A stretch of DNA of 64,000 nucleotides from Hemiscyllium ocellatum. Its lineage: Eukaryota. Below are positions 49,350-63,189 of the stretch, piece by piece. Made by a program: the position numbers and the translations under genes. The stretch lies in NCBI RefSeq assembly GCF_020745735.1, contig NC_083410.1, positions 4,314,117-4,378,116 of the forward strand. The letters run 5' to 3'. The stretch's first letter is position 1. Each line of letters opens with the position of its first letter. The notes beneath the pieces are model-generated. The model was not told where the DNA came from. It saw only the letters and a list, made by a program, of their open reading frames with translations, and did not search any database.

Positions 49350-52300
49350 GTCCGGCACAAGATCAGGCCCTTCAGCCCATCAACTCTATGCGAATCATGA
49401 TACCATTCTAAATGAATCCCTCCCAGTAAATGTTTCTGACTAAATACCTCTTAAACATTGCTATTGAATCTATTTAAACCATCTCCCCTGGCAGTGCAGT
49501 CCAGGCACCTACCACACTCTATGTAAAAACCTTTCCTCACACATCTTCTTTACACTTTCCCCACCCAACCTTAAAACTGCACCCCCTAGTATTTGACAAT
49601 TACATCCTGGAAGAAACACTCTGACTATCCATCCTAGCCACGTCTCTCGTAATTTTGTAATTTCATCCCTCAGCCTTTGATTGTCTCACAAACACAATCT
49701 AAGTTTGTCCACCCTCTCCTTATAGATTAAGACATTCTAATTCAGGCAACATCCTAGTAATCCTCTTTTGCACCCTCTCTAATGTCTCCTCATCTTTCCA
49801 ATAATGTGGTGACTAGAACATCACACAGTACTCCAAATGTGGCTGAAATAAAGTGCTATACAGCTGCAACATGACGTGCTAATTTTTATACTGAACAACC
49901 CAACCAAAGAAAACAATAATGCCATATGCATTCTTTAGCACCTTATTCATTTGTAATGCCACTTTCCAGGAGCTATGGACTTGCATCTTAAGATCCTTTT
50001 GTATATAAATTCTTGTAAGGGACTTGCCATTCACTGTATGCTTTCCTGTGGCATATGACCTCCCACTTGTCCAGATGAAACTCCATCTGCCATTTCTACG
50101 CCCAATGTTCCAACTGATCAATATCCCGCTGTATCCTTTGACAACCTTCCTCACCTTCCTCACAACTCCTCCAATTTTTGTGTCATCTGCAAATTTACTG
50201 AAACATAGAAAATAGGAGCAAGAGTAGGACATTCGGCCCTTCAAGCCTTCACCATCATTCAATACAATTATTGGCTTTTCATGCAATTCCTGGATCCCAT
50301 TTCTGCCCTCTCTACATACCCTCTGATCCACAAGGGACCATGTTCAGCTCCCGGGAGAAAGTAAAGACTGCAGATCAAAATCAAGGGTGTGGTGCTGGAA
50401 AGGACAGCAGGTCAGATATCATCAGAGGAGCAGGAGAATTGGCATTTTGGGTCCGAACCCTTCATTATGTCCACCTCCCTCTTGAATATATCAAATGAAC
50501 TGGCCCCAACAGCTTCCTGTGGGAGAGAATTCCACAGGTTCACAACTCTGAAGAAATTCTTCCTCATCTCAGTCTGGAGTGGTTTACCCTTTATTCTTAA
50601 ACTGTGTCCCCTAGTTCTGGACTTCCCCAACATTGGGTATATTCTTCCCACATCTAGCCTGCCCAGTCCCATCAGGATATTATATGTTTCTATGAGATCC
50701 TCCCTCACTTATCTAAATTCCTTTGAATACAATCCCAGTCATTCTAGTCTTTCCTCATATGTCAGTCGTGCCATCAGTCTGGTGAACCTTCGCCGAATTC
50801 TCTCAAGAATGTCCTTCCTCGGACTACGAGAACAAAACTGCACACGACACTCGAGGCATAGCCTCACCAAGGCCCTGTATAACTGCAGCAAGACATCCTT
50901 ACTCTGATACTCCAGTCCTCTCACTATGAAGGCCAGCACGCCATTAGCTTTCCTCACCACCTGCTGCACCTGCATGCCAACCTTCAGCGATTGTTCCACC
51001 ATGATACCTAGGTCTCGTTGCACGCCACCTTTTCTGAAACTGCCACAATTCAGATAATAATCTGCCTTCCTGTTTTGTGACCAAAATGAGTAACTTCACA
51101 CTTATCCACATTATATTTCATTTGTCAAATATTTGGCACTCTGTCCAAGTCACCCTGCAATCTCTTAGCATATGTCCCACAGCTCACGTTGTCATCCTGC
51201 TTAATGTCATCTGCAAATATGGGTAAATGGCATTCATTTAATTCATTCAAATGGTTATTGTATATTGTGAACAGCTGGGGTCCCAGCACTGTATCTTGCT
51301 GTACTTCACTCGTCACTGCCTGCCACTCTGAAAAGGACCTGTGTATTCCAACTCTCTGCTTCCTGTCTGCCAATCAGTTCTCTACCAATGTCAATACTTC
51401 ACTTCCAATACCATGAACCTTAAGGTTCCTTCCTAATATCTTGTGTGGGACTTTGTCAAAGTCTTTTGAAAGCCCAAATATGCAACATCTACTGTTTTAC
51501 CCTTATCCACTCTACTGGTCACATATTCAAAAAAGTCCAGAAGATTTGTCAAGCCTGATTTCCCTTTAGTGAATCCATGCTGATTAGGACTGATTCTGTC
51601 ACCACTTTCCAAATGCTTCAGTTATTACATCAGTTGTTATTGACTCCAGCATTTTCCCCACCACTAATGTCAGGCAAACCAGCCTATAATTCCCCATTTT
51701 CTCTCTCGCTCCTTTTTTAAAGAATGGGGTTACATTAGCTACCCTCCAATCCATTGGAACTCTTCCAGGGTCTACAGAATGCTGAAAAACAATCAGGTTA
51801 TTTCTAGGGCCACTTCCTTATGTACTCTGGGATGCAGATCATCAGGGCATGGGGACTTATCAGGTTTTAATTCCATCAATTTCCCCAATACCATTTCCTG
51901 ACAAATAAGGATTTCCTTCAATTTCTTCTTTATGGTTGACCCTCTGTCTCTGAGCATTTCTTGAAGAAAGATCAAAGGTATTTGATCAACCATTAAAAGA
52001 AAAACAAAGGAATTATGGCTGCTGCAAATCCAAAACAAAAACAGAAGTTGATGGAAAAGCTCAGCAGGTTTGGCAGCATCCTTCAAACTGTTATGAGGAA
52101 GAACCACAGATCTGAAACATTAACTTTGATTTCTCTGCTCAGATGCTGCCAAAACCTGCTGAGTTTTTCCAGCAAATTCAGTTCTGGTATTGTTCAACTG
52201 GTCTCCCATCTCTTTGTTGTTCATTATGAATCCATCCAATTCTCACAGTAAGGGATCTACATTTGTCTTCACCAGTCTTTTGCTGTTTCCACATCTATCA

Positions 52301-54980
52301 ACGATTTTGCTGTCGGTTTTTACGTTTTCCACAAGCTTACTTTCTTATTCTATTTTCCCTATCTGAATTAAAGCCTTTGTCCTCCTCTGCTGAATTTTAA
52401 ATTTCTCCCAGTACTCAGGTTTGCTGCTTTTTTCTGGTGAAGACAAATATAGATCCCTTACTGTGTGACTCAGATGGATCTCTTAAATATCCTTGGACAG
52501 CTTATCCTAGGTCATGCATGCCTCAAACATGCACACTCATAATAACTGCTGTTTCCTTACTGCATGCATCTCTAATTTACTGTTTGATTCAGTCCCCAAT
52601 TTCACAATTACTATTTGGTGGGCTGTACACAACTCCCACTAACTTATTTTTCCCTTTGGTGTTCCCCTGCTCCACCCATACAGATTCCACAGGTCCAGCC
52701 TAATATGCTCCCTTACTGTTGTTTTAGTCTCTTCCTTAACTAGTAACACTACCACACCTCCCTTTCCTTTCCATCAATATTTCCTGAAAATTCAATAAAC
52801 ATGGACATTGAGTTCCCATTTTGGTCACCCTGGAGTCAGCTCTCTGTGATCCCAATTATGTCATATCCATTTGTAACTGTTTAAGCTATTAATCCATCCA
52901 CCTTATTACATATGCTTCTCTCAATGAGATATAAAGTTTTGTATATTTTTGATATTTATAGTCCTTTTAGAATCATTGTGAAAAATGGCCCTTTCTGATA
53001 TTTGTCTTTCATTTCTCTGCTATCCACTTGCACTTTCCCCCTTACTGTCCTTTGTTTCTGTCCACTCTATACTTCCCTCTGACTTCATGCGTTAGTTCCC
53101 ATCCCCCTGCCATGTTAGATTAAACCCTCCCCTACAGCACGAGCAAACACTCCCCTGAGGACATTTCTTCCAGCCCTGCCCAGATACAGACTGTCTGGTT
53201 TGTACTGGTTCTAACTCCCCCCGAACCACTTCCAATATCCCAGGAATTTAAATCCCTCTCTCTTGCACTATCTTTCAAGTCACACATGCACCTTGGCTAT
53301 CCTACCATTCATACCATTGCTACTATTGACACGAGGTAATCAATCCTGAGATTACTACCTTTTGAGATCCGACTTGTTAGTTTAACTCCCAGCGCCCTAA
53401 CTTCAGCTTATGGGACCTCATCCTGTCTTTTTTTTTAACTGATATAATTGGTACATATATGCCCTCCCACAGCTGGCTGTTCATCCTCCCTGTCCAGAAT
53501 GTTCTGCAGCTGTTCCAAGACATCCTTGACCCTTGGACCGGGGAGCATCATACCATCCCAGACTCTCGTTTACAGCCGCAGAAACACCTATCTGTTCCCA
53601 TTACAATTGAATCCCCAATTACTACAGCTCTAACACTCTTTTCCCTGCCCTCCTGGTGCAGCAGAGCCAGCCATGGTGCTATGAAGCCAGCTGCTGCCAC
53701 CTTCCCCTCGTGAGCCATCTCCCCCAACAGTATCCAAAATAGTTATGCCTGATACGGAGGGAGATGACTACAGGGGACCCCTGCACTGCCATCCAACTCT
53801 TCCTCTGTCTGTTGGTCACCCATTCCCTATCTTCCGTAGTAATTTTTATCTGCAAGGTGACCAACTCAAAAATCATGGAGTCATAGAGATGTACAGCATG
53901 AAAACAGACCCTTCAGTCCAATTTGTCCATGCCGACCAAATATAGTAAACTAATCCAGCCCCATTTGCCAGCACTGGCCTATATCCCTATACACCCTTCC
54001 TATTCATATACCCATCCAAGTGCCTTGTAATTGTACCAGCCTCCATGACTTCCTCTGGCAGCTCATTCCATACACGCTCTACTCCCTGTGTGAAAAAGTT
54101 CCCTTTCATAACTTTCCCCTCTCACCCTAAATCTCTGCCATCTAATTCAGGACTCCCTCATGCAAGGGAAAGGACATTGTCTATTTATCCTATCTATACC
54201 CCTCATGATTTTATAAACTTCTATAAGGTCCCTCTTCATCCTCTGACACTCCAGGAAAACTGCCTCAGCCTGTTCAGCCTCTCCCTTTTGCTGAAATCCT
54301 CCAACTCTGGCAACATCCTTGTAAATCTTTTCTGAACCCTTTCAGGTTTCACAACATCTTTCTGACAGAAAGGAGACCAGAATTGCATGTAATATTCCAA
54401 TAGTGGTCTAACCAATGGCCTGTACAGCTGCAACATGACCTCCCAACTCCGATACTCAATGCTCTGACCAATAAAGAAAAGCACACAAACGCCTTCTTCA
54501 CTATCCTATCTACCTGCGACTTCATTTTCAAGGAGCTATGAATCTGTATTCTAAGTCTCTTTGTTCAGCAACACTCCCCAGGACCTTACCATTAAGTGTA
54601 TTAGTCCTACTAAGATTTGCTTTTCCAAAATGCAACACCTCACATTTATCTGAATTAAACTCCATCTACCACTCCTCAGCCTATTGGCCCACCTGAACAA
54701 GATCATGTTGTACTCTGAGGTCACCTTCTTCACTGTCCACTTCACCTCCAACTTTGGTGTCATCTTACTGAATGTGCTATCCACAATTCCCTCAGCCTCA
54801 TGGATGCTCCAAAGTGAATCCAGCCACAGCTCCAGAGCTGTCAAATGGTCAGGCAGCAGTTGCAGCTGGACACACTTCCTGCACGTGAAGGAGTCAGGGA
54901 CATCGGAACGATCCCTGAGTTCCTGCATTGCACAGGAGGAGCATGACATGGGTCTTGAATCTCCTGCCATGGCTTAACAT
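49350..54980 (-). mobile_element. Nested stack of CR1 LINE fragments (several RT/3' ends, APE, and an ORF1 zinc finger at 54780-54970)
   Basis: Multiple FADDTKIGG and QRDLG motifs. MSCSSCAM..FTCRKCVQLQLL is a CR1 ORF1 N-terminus. Confidence 0.8.
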
Positions 54981-55488
54981 TTCAGTTAACAACAGGAGCA
55001 CAGTGAAGAGAAGATGAGAGAGAAGAAAAACTGTTCACCAATCACTCACTTCCCCTCACGGGTATATGTCCTTCTGCTTCTCCTTTACCCTCAGGTCTTC
55101 AGCAGCTGCAGGTGTTTGATCCTCCTCCAACTGCCTTACCTCACTGCTGCTCATCCTCCTCACTGAGGCCCAGTATTGATGTAAACTTACACTTCAACCT
55201 CCAGCAGCAATTCACCCACAAAGCAGCCCTTCTCAAAATAATCACTCCGCTAAAGCTTGCCTTCCTTGTATTTACTCCTGGACGATTCCTCCCAGAATCC
55301 TTCTCAGCAGTGCCCTCTGTTGGATGCCCTTACACAGTCCTTCAGTACTCCCCTCCTCAATGGCAGTGGCTGAAATGACTCCTCCCAGAATCCTTCTCAG
55401 CAGTAACCTCTTGTCAGACGAGTGCATTTTATCCAAATAATTTGCATATATAACAAGCAACAGAGATTCCACCACTCATCCTTGCAGA

Positions 55489-55801
55489 ATAGATTAGATT
55501 ACTTACAGTGTGGAAACAGGCCCTTCGGCCCAACAAGTCCACACCGACCCACCGAAGCGCAACCCACCCATACCCCTGCATCTACCCCTTACCTAACACT
55601 ACGGGCAATTTTAGCATGGCCAATTCACCTGACCCGCACATCTTTGGACTGTGGGAGGAAACTGGAGCACCCGGAGGAAACCCACGCAGACACTGGGAGA
55701 ATGTGCAAACTCCACACAGTCAGTCGCCTGAGGTGGGAATTGAACCCAGGTCTCTGGCGCTGTGAGGCAGCAGTGCTAACCACTGTGCCACCGTGCTGCC
55801 C
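55489..55801 (-). mobile_element. HE1-type SINE, young (CpG-rich)
   Basis: Reverse complement: gggcagcacggtggcacagtggttagcactgctgcctcacagcgccagagacctgggttcaattccc...gtaagtaatctaatcta. Confidence 0.92.
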
Positions 55802-56609
55802 ACACTGATCACACAACTACAGATAGTAAAACACCACTCCACAGTAACCCTCTGTCTTCTGTGACCAAGGCCATTTTGTAACCAATCTGCCAACTCACCA
55901 TGGATCCTATGTAACTTAACCTTCTGCACCTGCCTCCCATGAGAGACCTTGTCAAATGCTTTAATATTGTTCATGTAGATAACACCCACTTCTGATCTTC
56001 ATCAGTCATGTTTGTCACTTCCTCAAATAAGTAGACATAATGTCCTATATACAAAGCCATACTGACTCCTATCCCCAATAAGTTCATGCTTTTCCAAAGG
56101 CAAAAGAAATCATTAAAAATATTCTCCAATTATTTCCCTACCACTGACGTAAAGCTCACCGGCCTATAATTTCCTAGATTATCCCTGTCATCCTTCTTAA
56201 ACAATGGAACAATATTAACTATTCTCCAGGCTTCTGGGACTTCACATGTGGCGAACGAGGATTCAAGGATCTCTTTCAGGTCCCAGCAATGTCTTCTCTT
56301 TCCTCTTATACTACCTTGGGACAATTCCATTATACCCTGGGGACTGACCTACATAAATATTTTTCAAACCACCCACCCAGCACCACCTCCTTCTTATCAA
56401 CATGCCTGAGAATATCAAGGACGCCTCCCTGATTTTTCCATCATGTTTCCTTCTCCTTTGTGAATATCAATGCAAATTAAGGACCACACCCACTTCTTCT
56501 GACTCCATGCATACATTACCTCCATTGCCCTTGAGTGAACCTTCCCTTTCATTAGCTACCTTCTTATGCCCAATTAATGTGCAAAATACCTTGGGTTTCT
56601 TCTTAATCT

Positions 56610-57245
56610 GGGGAGAAAGTGAGGACTGCAGATGCTGGAGATCAGAGCTGGAAAATGTGTTGCTGGAAAAGCGCAGCAGGTCAGGCAGCATCCAAAGATC
56701 AGGAGAATCGACGTTTCGGACATGAGCCCTTCTTCAGGAATGAGGAAAGTGTGCCAAGCAGGCTAAGATGAAAGATAGGGAGGAGGGACTTGGGGGAGGG
56801 GGTGTTGGAAATGCAATAGGTGGAAAGAGGTGAAGGTGAGGGTGATAGGCCGGAGAGGGGGGTGGGGGCAAAGAGGTCAGGAAGAAACTTGCAGGTCAGG
56901 AAGGTGGTGCTGAGTTCAAGGGTTGGGATTGAGACAAGGTGGGGGGGTGGGGGGGGAGGGTGGGGGGGGAAATGAGGAAGCTGGAGAAATCTGAATTCAT
57001 CCCTTGGAGGGTTCCTAGGCGGAAGATGAGGCGCTCTTCCTCCAGCCGTCGTGTTGCCATGGTCTGGTGATGGAGGAGGCCAAGGACCTGCATGTCCTTG
57101 GTGGGGTGGGAGAGGACGTTGAAGTGTTGAGCCACGGGATGGTAGGGTTAGTTGGTGCGGGTGTCCCAGAGGTGTTCTCTGAAACGTTCTGTAAGTAGGC
57201 GGCCTGTCTCTCCAATGTAAAAGAGGCCACACCGGGTGCAGCAGT
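56610..57245 (-). mobile_element. PLE 3' fragment with hammerhead-like motif (56710-56737)
   Basis: CTRCGLFYIGETGRLLTERFREHLWDT (GIY-YIG). Reverse complement reads ctgaagaagggctcatgtccgaaacgtc. Confidence 0.85.
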
Positions 57246-57519
57246 GTTATGTCCAATGTTATGTCCAACAGAGGCAACTGTACTAAATGGTTGCTTCATC
57301 ATCCTGCCTGCATGTGAACTCAATTTCAAGGAACTATGAACCTGCATCCCAAGCTTTTTTTTTAAAATTGGTACCACACTCCAGGAACCTTGTTGTACCA
57401 CCACAAAGGTTGGTATCCCATCACCCAGATTGCCTTTATTTACACTTGCAATCCCACAGCCAATAGGTCAGATCGAAGCTTTGCAGTCCTGCACATCCAC
57501 GTGACAATGGTGCTTGACA

Positions 57520-59230
57520 ATTAAGTAACTCACTGGAGGAGGAGGAACTTCCCAAAAATTCCCATCCTCAATGATGGAAGAACCAACACATCAGTGCAAA
57601 AGATAAGGCAGAAGCTTTTGCAGTCAGAAGTGCAGAGTGGATGATCCATCTCGGACTCCTCCAGCTGTCCCCAGCCAAACTTCAGCCAATTCGATTCACT
57701 TCACATGATATCAAGAAATGGTTGGAGACACTGGATATTGCAAAGGCTATGGGCCCTGACAGCATTCCAGCAATAGTACTGAAGACATGTGCTCCAGAAC
57801 TTGCTGCTCCCCTCACCAAACTGTTCCATTAAGGTTACAACACTGGCATCTACCCAACAATGTGGAAAATTGTCCACATATTGCCTGCTTATAAAAAGCA
57901 GGACAAATCCAACCTGGCCAATCCAACCCGCCCCATCAGTCTACTCTCGATCATCAGTAAAGTGTTGGAGGGCTTCATCAACAGAGCTATCAAGCAGCAC
58001 CTGCTCAGCAATAACCTGCTCAGTGATGCCCAGTTTGGGTTCTGCCAGGGCCACTCAGCTCCTGACCCCATTAAAGTTTTGTTTCACACATGGACAAAAG
58101 AGCTGACTTCCAGAAGTGGGGTGGAAGTGAAAGCCCTTGACATCAAAGCTGCAGTTGATCAAGTGTGGCATCAAAGAGCCTCAGCAAAACTAGAATCAAT
58201 GAATTTCAGGGGGCAAACTCTCTGCTAGTTGGAGTCATACACAAAGGAAGATGGTCGTGGTTATTAGAGGTCAGTCAGCTCAGCTCCTGGGCATCTCTGC
58301 AGGAGTTCCTCAGGGTAGTGTTCTTGGCCCAAACATCATCAGCTGCTTCATCAATGACCTTTCCTCCATCTTAAATTTAGAAGTGGGGATGTTTGCCGAT
58401 GATTGCACAATGTTCAGCACTTTTTGGAACTGCTCAGATACTGAAGCTGTCCATGTTAAATTGCAACAAGATCTGGACAATATCCAAGCTTGGGCTGAAA
58501 CGTAGCAAGTAACATTTGCATCACACAAGTGACCATCACAAATAGGAGACAAGCTAACCACTACCCCCTTTGCATTCAACAACTTTACCATTACTAAATC
58601 CCCCATTATCAATATCCTGGGAATTATCATTGACCAGAAACTCATCTGGACTTACCATATAAACTCAGTGGCTACAACAGCAGGTCTGAAGTTCCGAGTA
58701 CTGTGGCGAGTAACCCACCTCTTGACTCCTCAACGTCTGTCCACCAACCACAAGATACAAGTCAGGAGGGTGATGGGATACTTTCCACTGAATGAGTGCA
58801 ATCCCAACAACACTCAAGAAACTTGACACCATCCAGGATATACCAGCCCCCTTGATTGGCACCACATCCACTCCCTCCACCACCAGTGATCAGTAGCAGC
58901 AGTGTGTACTATCCAAAAGATGCACTGCAGGAACTCACCATCTTCCAAACCCATGACTATTTTCATCTAGGAGGACATTGGTAGTAGATGTATGAGAGCA
59001 TCACCATCTTCAGGTTCCTCTCCAAGACACTCACCATTCTGAAATGGAAATTTATCACCATTCCTTTAGTGTCATTGGGTCAAAATGTTGGAAATACCCC
59101 CCAAATGACATTGTGAGTCAACCCACAGCAGGTGGACTGCAGAAGGCGGCTCACCTCCACCTTCTCAAGGGCAATTACGGACAAGCAATAAATGCTGGGT
59201 ACAGCCAGCGATGATCACCTCACACAATGA
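57520..59230 (+). mobile_element. Non-LTR retrotransposon (CR1/L2 group, distinct family) RT and 3' tail
   Basis: PISLLSIISKVLE, ALDIKAAVDQVWH, GVPQGSVLGP and MFADDCT motifs. The tail caccttctcaagggcaatta...aataaatgctgg is shared with many short SINE/LINE fragments in the window. Confidence 0.85.
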
Positions 59231-60019
59231 ATAAATTTTTTTTAAAAACCTGACATTGCATCAACCATGCCTCTTACCCATGCAATGATCCTGAGATTAA
59301 ATGGATACATTTCCTCAGCATCCACCCAGGAGAAAGATATGGAAGATAGTGAGATCTGTGTGAAATGTACTAATATGCTGATATGCAGAATGCCTCCATT
59401 GTGGAAGCAGGCCATTCAGACCATTAAGTCCACGGCGACTCTGAGGAGTGACCCACTCAGACCCACCTCATTCTGTTATTCTGCATTTCCCGTTGCCATT
59501 AACTAGGACAGACCAATCAAAACATTCTTAAGCAGGCAGTCCCAGACCATAACTTTGCAATTTGTTTCAGTAAGTGCACATTAAAAATACCCCGAGTAAG
59601 TTAGCTGGGTTGACTAACAGGTTTTAAAACAGAGAAATTTATTCACAAAATTACACAATGAAACACAAAGAATAGAATAGAGAACCCCTACAGAACTCAA
59701 TCTATCCAAACTAGGCTCAGTTATGCTGTCCTGAATATGCACAACAGTCCCAATAAGCAAACTCCCTTTAAAACCCAGTATAAATGGAACATATGCTTAC
59801 AGGTTAAAGTTGAAGGAAAGAGAGAGAGAGAGGAAGGAAATTGGGACACGTCGAAGAAACCCACACAGACACAGGGAGAATATGCAAACTCCACACAGAC
59901 AGTTCCCCGAGGCTGGAATCAAACCTGGGTCCCTGAGGCTGTGAGGCAACAAAGACAGTCACTAAGCCATCATACTGCCCGTTGCCACAGCACTTTGAGA
60001 TCAAGAAAGAAATGCTGGA

Positions 60020-61615
60020 TCTCTTTATGAGCATTAAAGTGCATAGATCTGCAGGGCCCGATGTTATTTACACCAAGTAACTGAGAGAAACAAGGGAGGA
60101 GATTGCTGGGACCTTCACCAAGATTTTTGTATCATTGCTAGCCACTGGAGAGGTCCCAGAGGACTGGTGAGTAGCTAATGTTGCTCCTCTATTCAAGAAT
60201 GGAAGTAGGAATAATCCAGGAAACTACAGACCAGTGAGTCCTACATGGGTGGTTGGGAAGATATTGGAGAGGATTTAATTCAAGCACATTTGGAAAAACA
60301 TGACCCCGTTACGGCCAGTCAGTATGGCTTTGTGCAGAGCAGATCATACCTTACTAACTTGACTGAATTTTTCAGGAGGTGATGAAGGTGATCGATGAGG
60401 GTAGAGCAGTGGATGTTGAGTACGTGGATTGTAGTAAGGCTTTTAACAAAGTCCCTCATGGTAAGCTCATCCAGAAGATTAAATTGCATGGAATCCACAG
60501 TGACTTGGCTGTGTGGGTTCAGAATTGGCTAGCCCATAGAAGGCAGAGTGTCATGGGAGAAGGTTGTTTTTCCGGTTGGAGGTCCATGACCAGTGGTGTT
60601 CTGCAGGGATCCTTCCAGGGACCTCTGCTCTTTATAATATTTATAAATGACTGGGATGAAAATGTCGATGGGAAGTTTAGTAAGTTTACAAATGATACAA
60701 AGATCTGTGGAGTTGTGGACAGTATAAACGATTGTCAAAAGATACCATGGGGTATAGATCAGTTGCAGAAAAAAGCAGACAAATGGCAGATGGAATTTAA
60801 TTTATATAAATATGAGGTGTTATACTTTGGGAGAGCAAATGGTCAGAAAAGATATAGTTAATGGCAGAACCCTGAACAGCACTGATGTACAGAGGGATCT
60901 TGGGGTTTAATTCCATAGCTCCCTGAAAGGCATTATGCAAGTAGAGGGTGGTAAGGAAGGTGTATGTAATGCTTACCTTTATTGGTCAGAGAATGAAATA
61001 CAAAAGTCATGATGTCATGTTCCAGCTTTATAAAAGTTTGATTTGGCCACACTTAGAGTATTATGTGCAATTCTAGTTGCCCCATTCCAGGAAGGATATG
61101 GAGGATTTGGAGAAGGTGCAGAAGGGGTTTACCAGGATGCTGCTTGAATTAGAGAGTATGAGCTATAAGGAGAGACTCAGAAAACTTGGAATGTTTTCTG
61201 TGGAGCAGTGATGGCTGAAGTGAAACTTGATAGATATCGTATAAGATCATGGGATGGATTGATAGTGTTGACAATCAGAACCTTTATTCCAGAATTTAAA
61301 TCTCTAAAACTAGGGAGTGTGCACTTAAAGTGAGACGGGTAATGTTCAAAGGAGATGTGAGGGGTTGGTTTTTCACACAGATACTGGTAGGAGTGTGGAA
61401 CATACTGCCAGGGGTGGAGGTAGAAGCAGATCCAATAAGGTGTTTAAGAGATTTTTAGATAAGTACATGAATATACCACACACGGAGGAATATGGACAAA
61501 GGACAAGTAGAAGGAATTTGTTTCATTTAATGTCATTTTTGACACAACATTGTGGGCTGAAGGGGTCATTCCTGTGCTGTACTGTTCAATGGTCTATGTA
61601 TTATGTTCTATGTTT
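60020..61615 (+). mobile_element. CR1 LINE RT and 3' end
   Basis: VDVEYVDCSKAFNKVPHGKL, GVLQGSFQGPLLF and KFTNDTKICG motifs. Confidence 0.88.
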
Positions 61616-61659
61616 TACCCAGGGCCATTTCTGTGGTCCTAGTACCCAGTCCTTGTTCC

Positions 61660-62830
61660 CTGAAGTAAACTCTCGCTCTCGGTGAGTGAAGTTTTGAGTC
61701 CAAATTGGTGTTTCTGATGCTATTTCACCCTCCCTCCCAGGTCTGGGAATATCAGGTTTAACCTGTTACAGTGTCTTCTTTCCTTCAACATCTCTGCTGG
61801 AGCCATCCCTGTCGGTGCAGGAAGGATAGTCTGAAAATTAAATAAGAGCCAGGACAGTTTGGTATCAAGTATAAGTTGACAACTGTTTCTTTAAACCTGG
61901 CTTCAAAGTTTGGACTGCTCTTTCTGCCAGAGAATTGGATGATGGGACATGGAGCTGTCCATGCATGCCATGTGCCATTTGACTTTAGGAAATACCTGAA
62001 TCCTCTGCTAGTAAATGATGGATCGTTATCTCTGATCAGCACCTTAGGGAGACCATGTATTTCACCAGATACTCACAACCTTTTTACCATTGGCCCCACG
62101 TTTGACAATTGTGGCCGATGCATGTCCAATCATTTTGAGTGGGTGTCCACACTGACTGAAAATACAGATCCTGTGAAAGGATTGACATAGTCGATGTGGA
62201 ACTAGGACCAGGGTTCACCCAGCCAATCCCATGAATATGAGGGAGCTGCTTGCGGGAATATTTGTCCATGCTGGCACTCTGGGCACTGCTCACTAATGCG
62301 GCTGTGTCTCCATCCAATCCTGGCCACCAGACATTACCTTCCACCACATTTCCATTTTGGACACCCCTGGATGGCCCTGGTGAGTTCAGCCAGTATCTGG
62401 CGGTGACCTTTGCTCAGTGCAATCACTCCTGCTCCCGACAGTAATCTGCCATCCTCTCCGGTAATCAGGACTCAGCCGGTCCGGAAAGATTTCAGTTCAG
62501 GTTGTGATGACCCTTTGACTTGCCCCAACAACACCAGCTGTTTAGTTTCGCCAGGATCAGATCTTTTAGTGTCCACAGTCAGCTCTGGTCAGCAGTGACC
62601 AGAAGGATATCCAGAAAGTTTATAATTAGAATGGACTCTTTCAATGACAGCATCACCGGTGGATTAATCTGCCAGCAGGAGGTGGCTCAAGGGATCACAT
62701 TTACCACTTGGCCTTCTGGATAGTTTTCTGTCACCAAGTGCCCCTTTATTTACACATGTTTAGTACGTGACACTGATCCAGCTCCCTCAGAACCAGCCCT
62801 CAGAGTGAACAGAACCTCTGACACTCCTGT
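61660..62830 (-). mobile_element. Ty3/Gypsy LTR retrotransposon remnant (integrase zinc-binding and core region) with adjacent LTR-like segment
   Basis: Minus frames VWWPGLDGD..C..CQ, HIDYVNPF and DNDPSFTS..F..FLKSNG match integrase HHCC/DDE motifs, with frameshifts. Confidence 0.8.
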
Positions 62831-63189
62831 TTCTTTTATTTTTCTATTTTCTTTTTTTTAGTGAACAGAACCTCTGACACTCCTGTTTATTTTTTTATTT
62901 TTTAATTTTTTTTCTGTTTTACCCCCACACTACCGCCTAATTGTGGTTGTGTTTATTTTTCCCCAGCACCCATGTTGTGTCTGTGTGCAGGTGTGAGACA
63001 CAGTGAAAGACACAAGGTGCACGAATCTTTATTCAGTTTCTACCACCAGAAAGAAAGGAAACATGACAAGCAGTGCCCTTCACATCAAAGGGCAATGTTG
63101 CATGATCAAACAGTTGTTCCTGTTTCCATCTGTCAGCCAGGGCCTCCTGATTGGATCTGGATCTGTGTGGATCTGACAAGGGAGTCACG

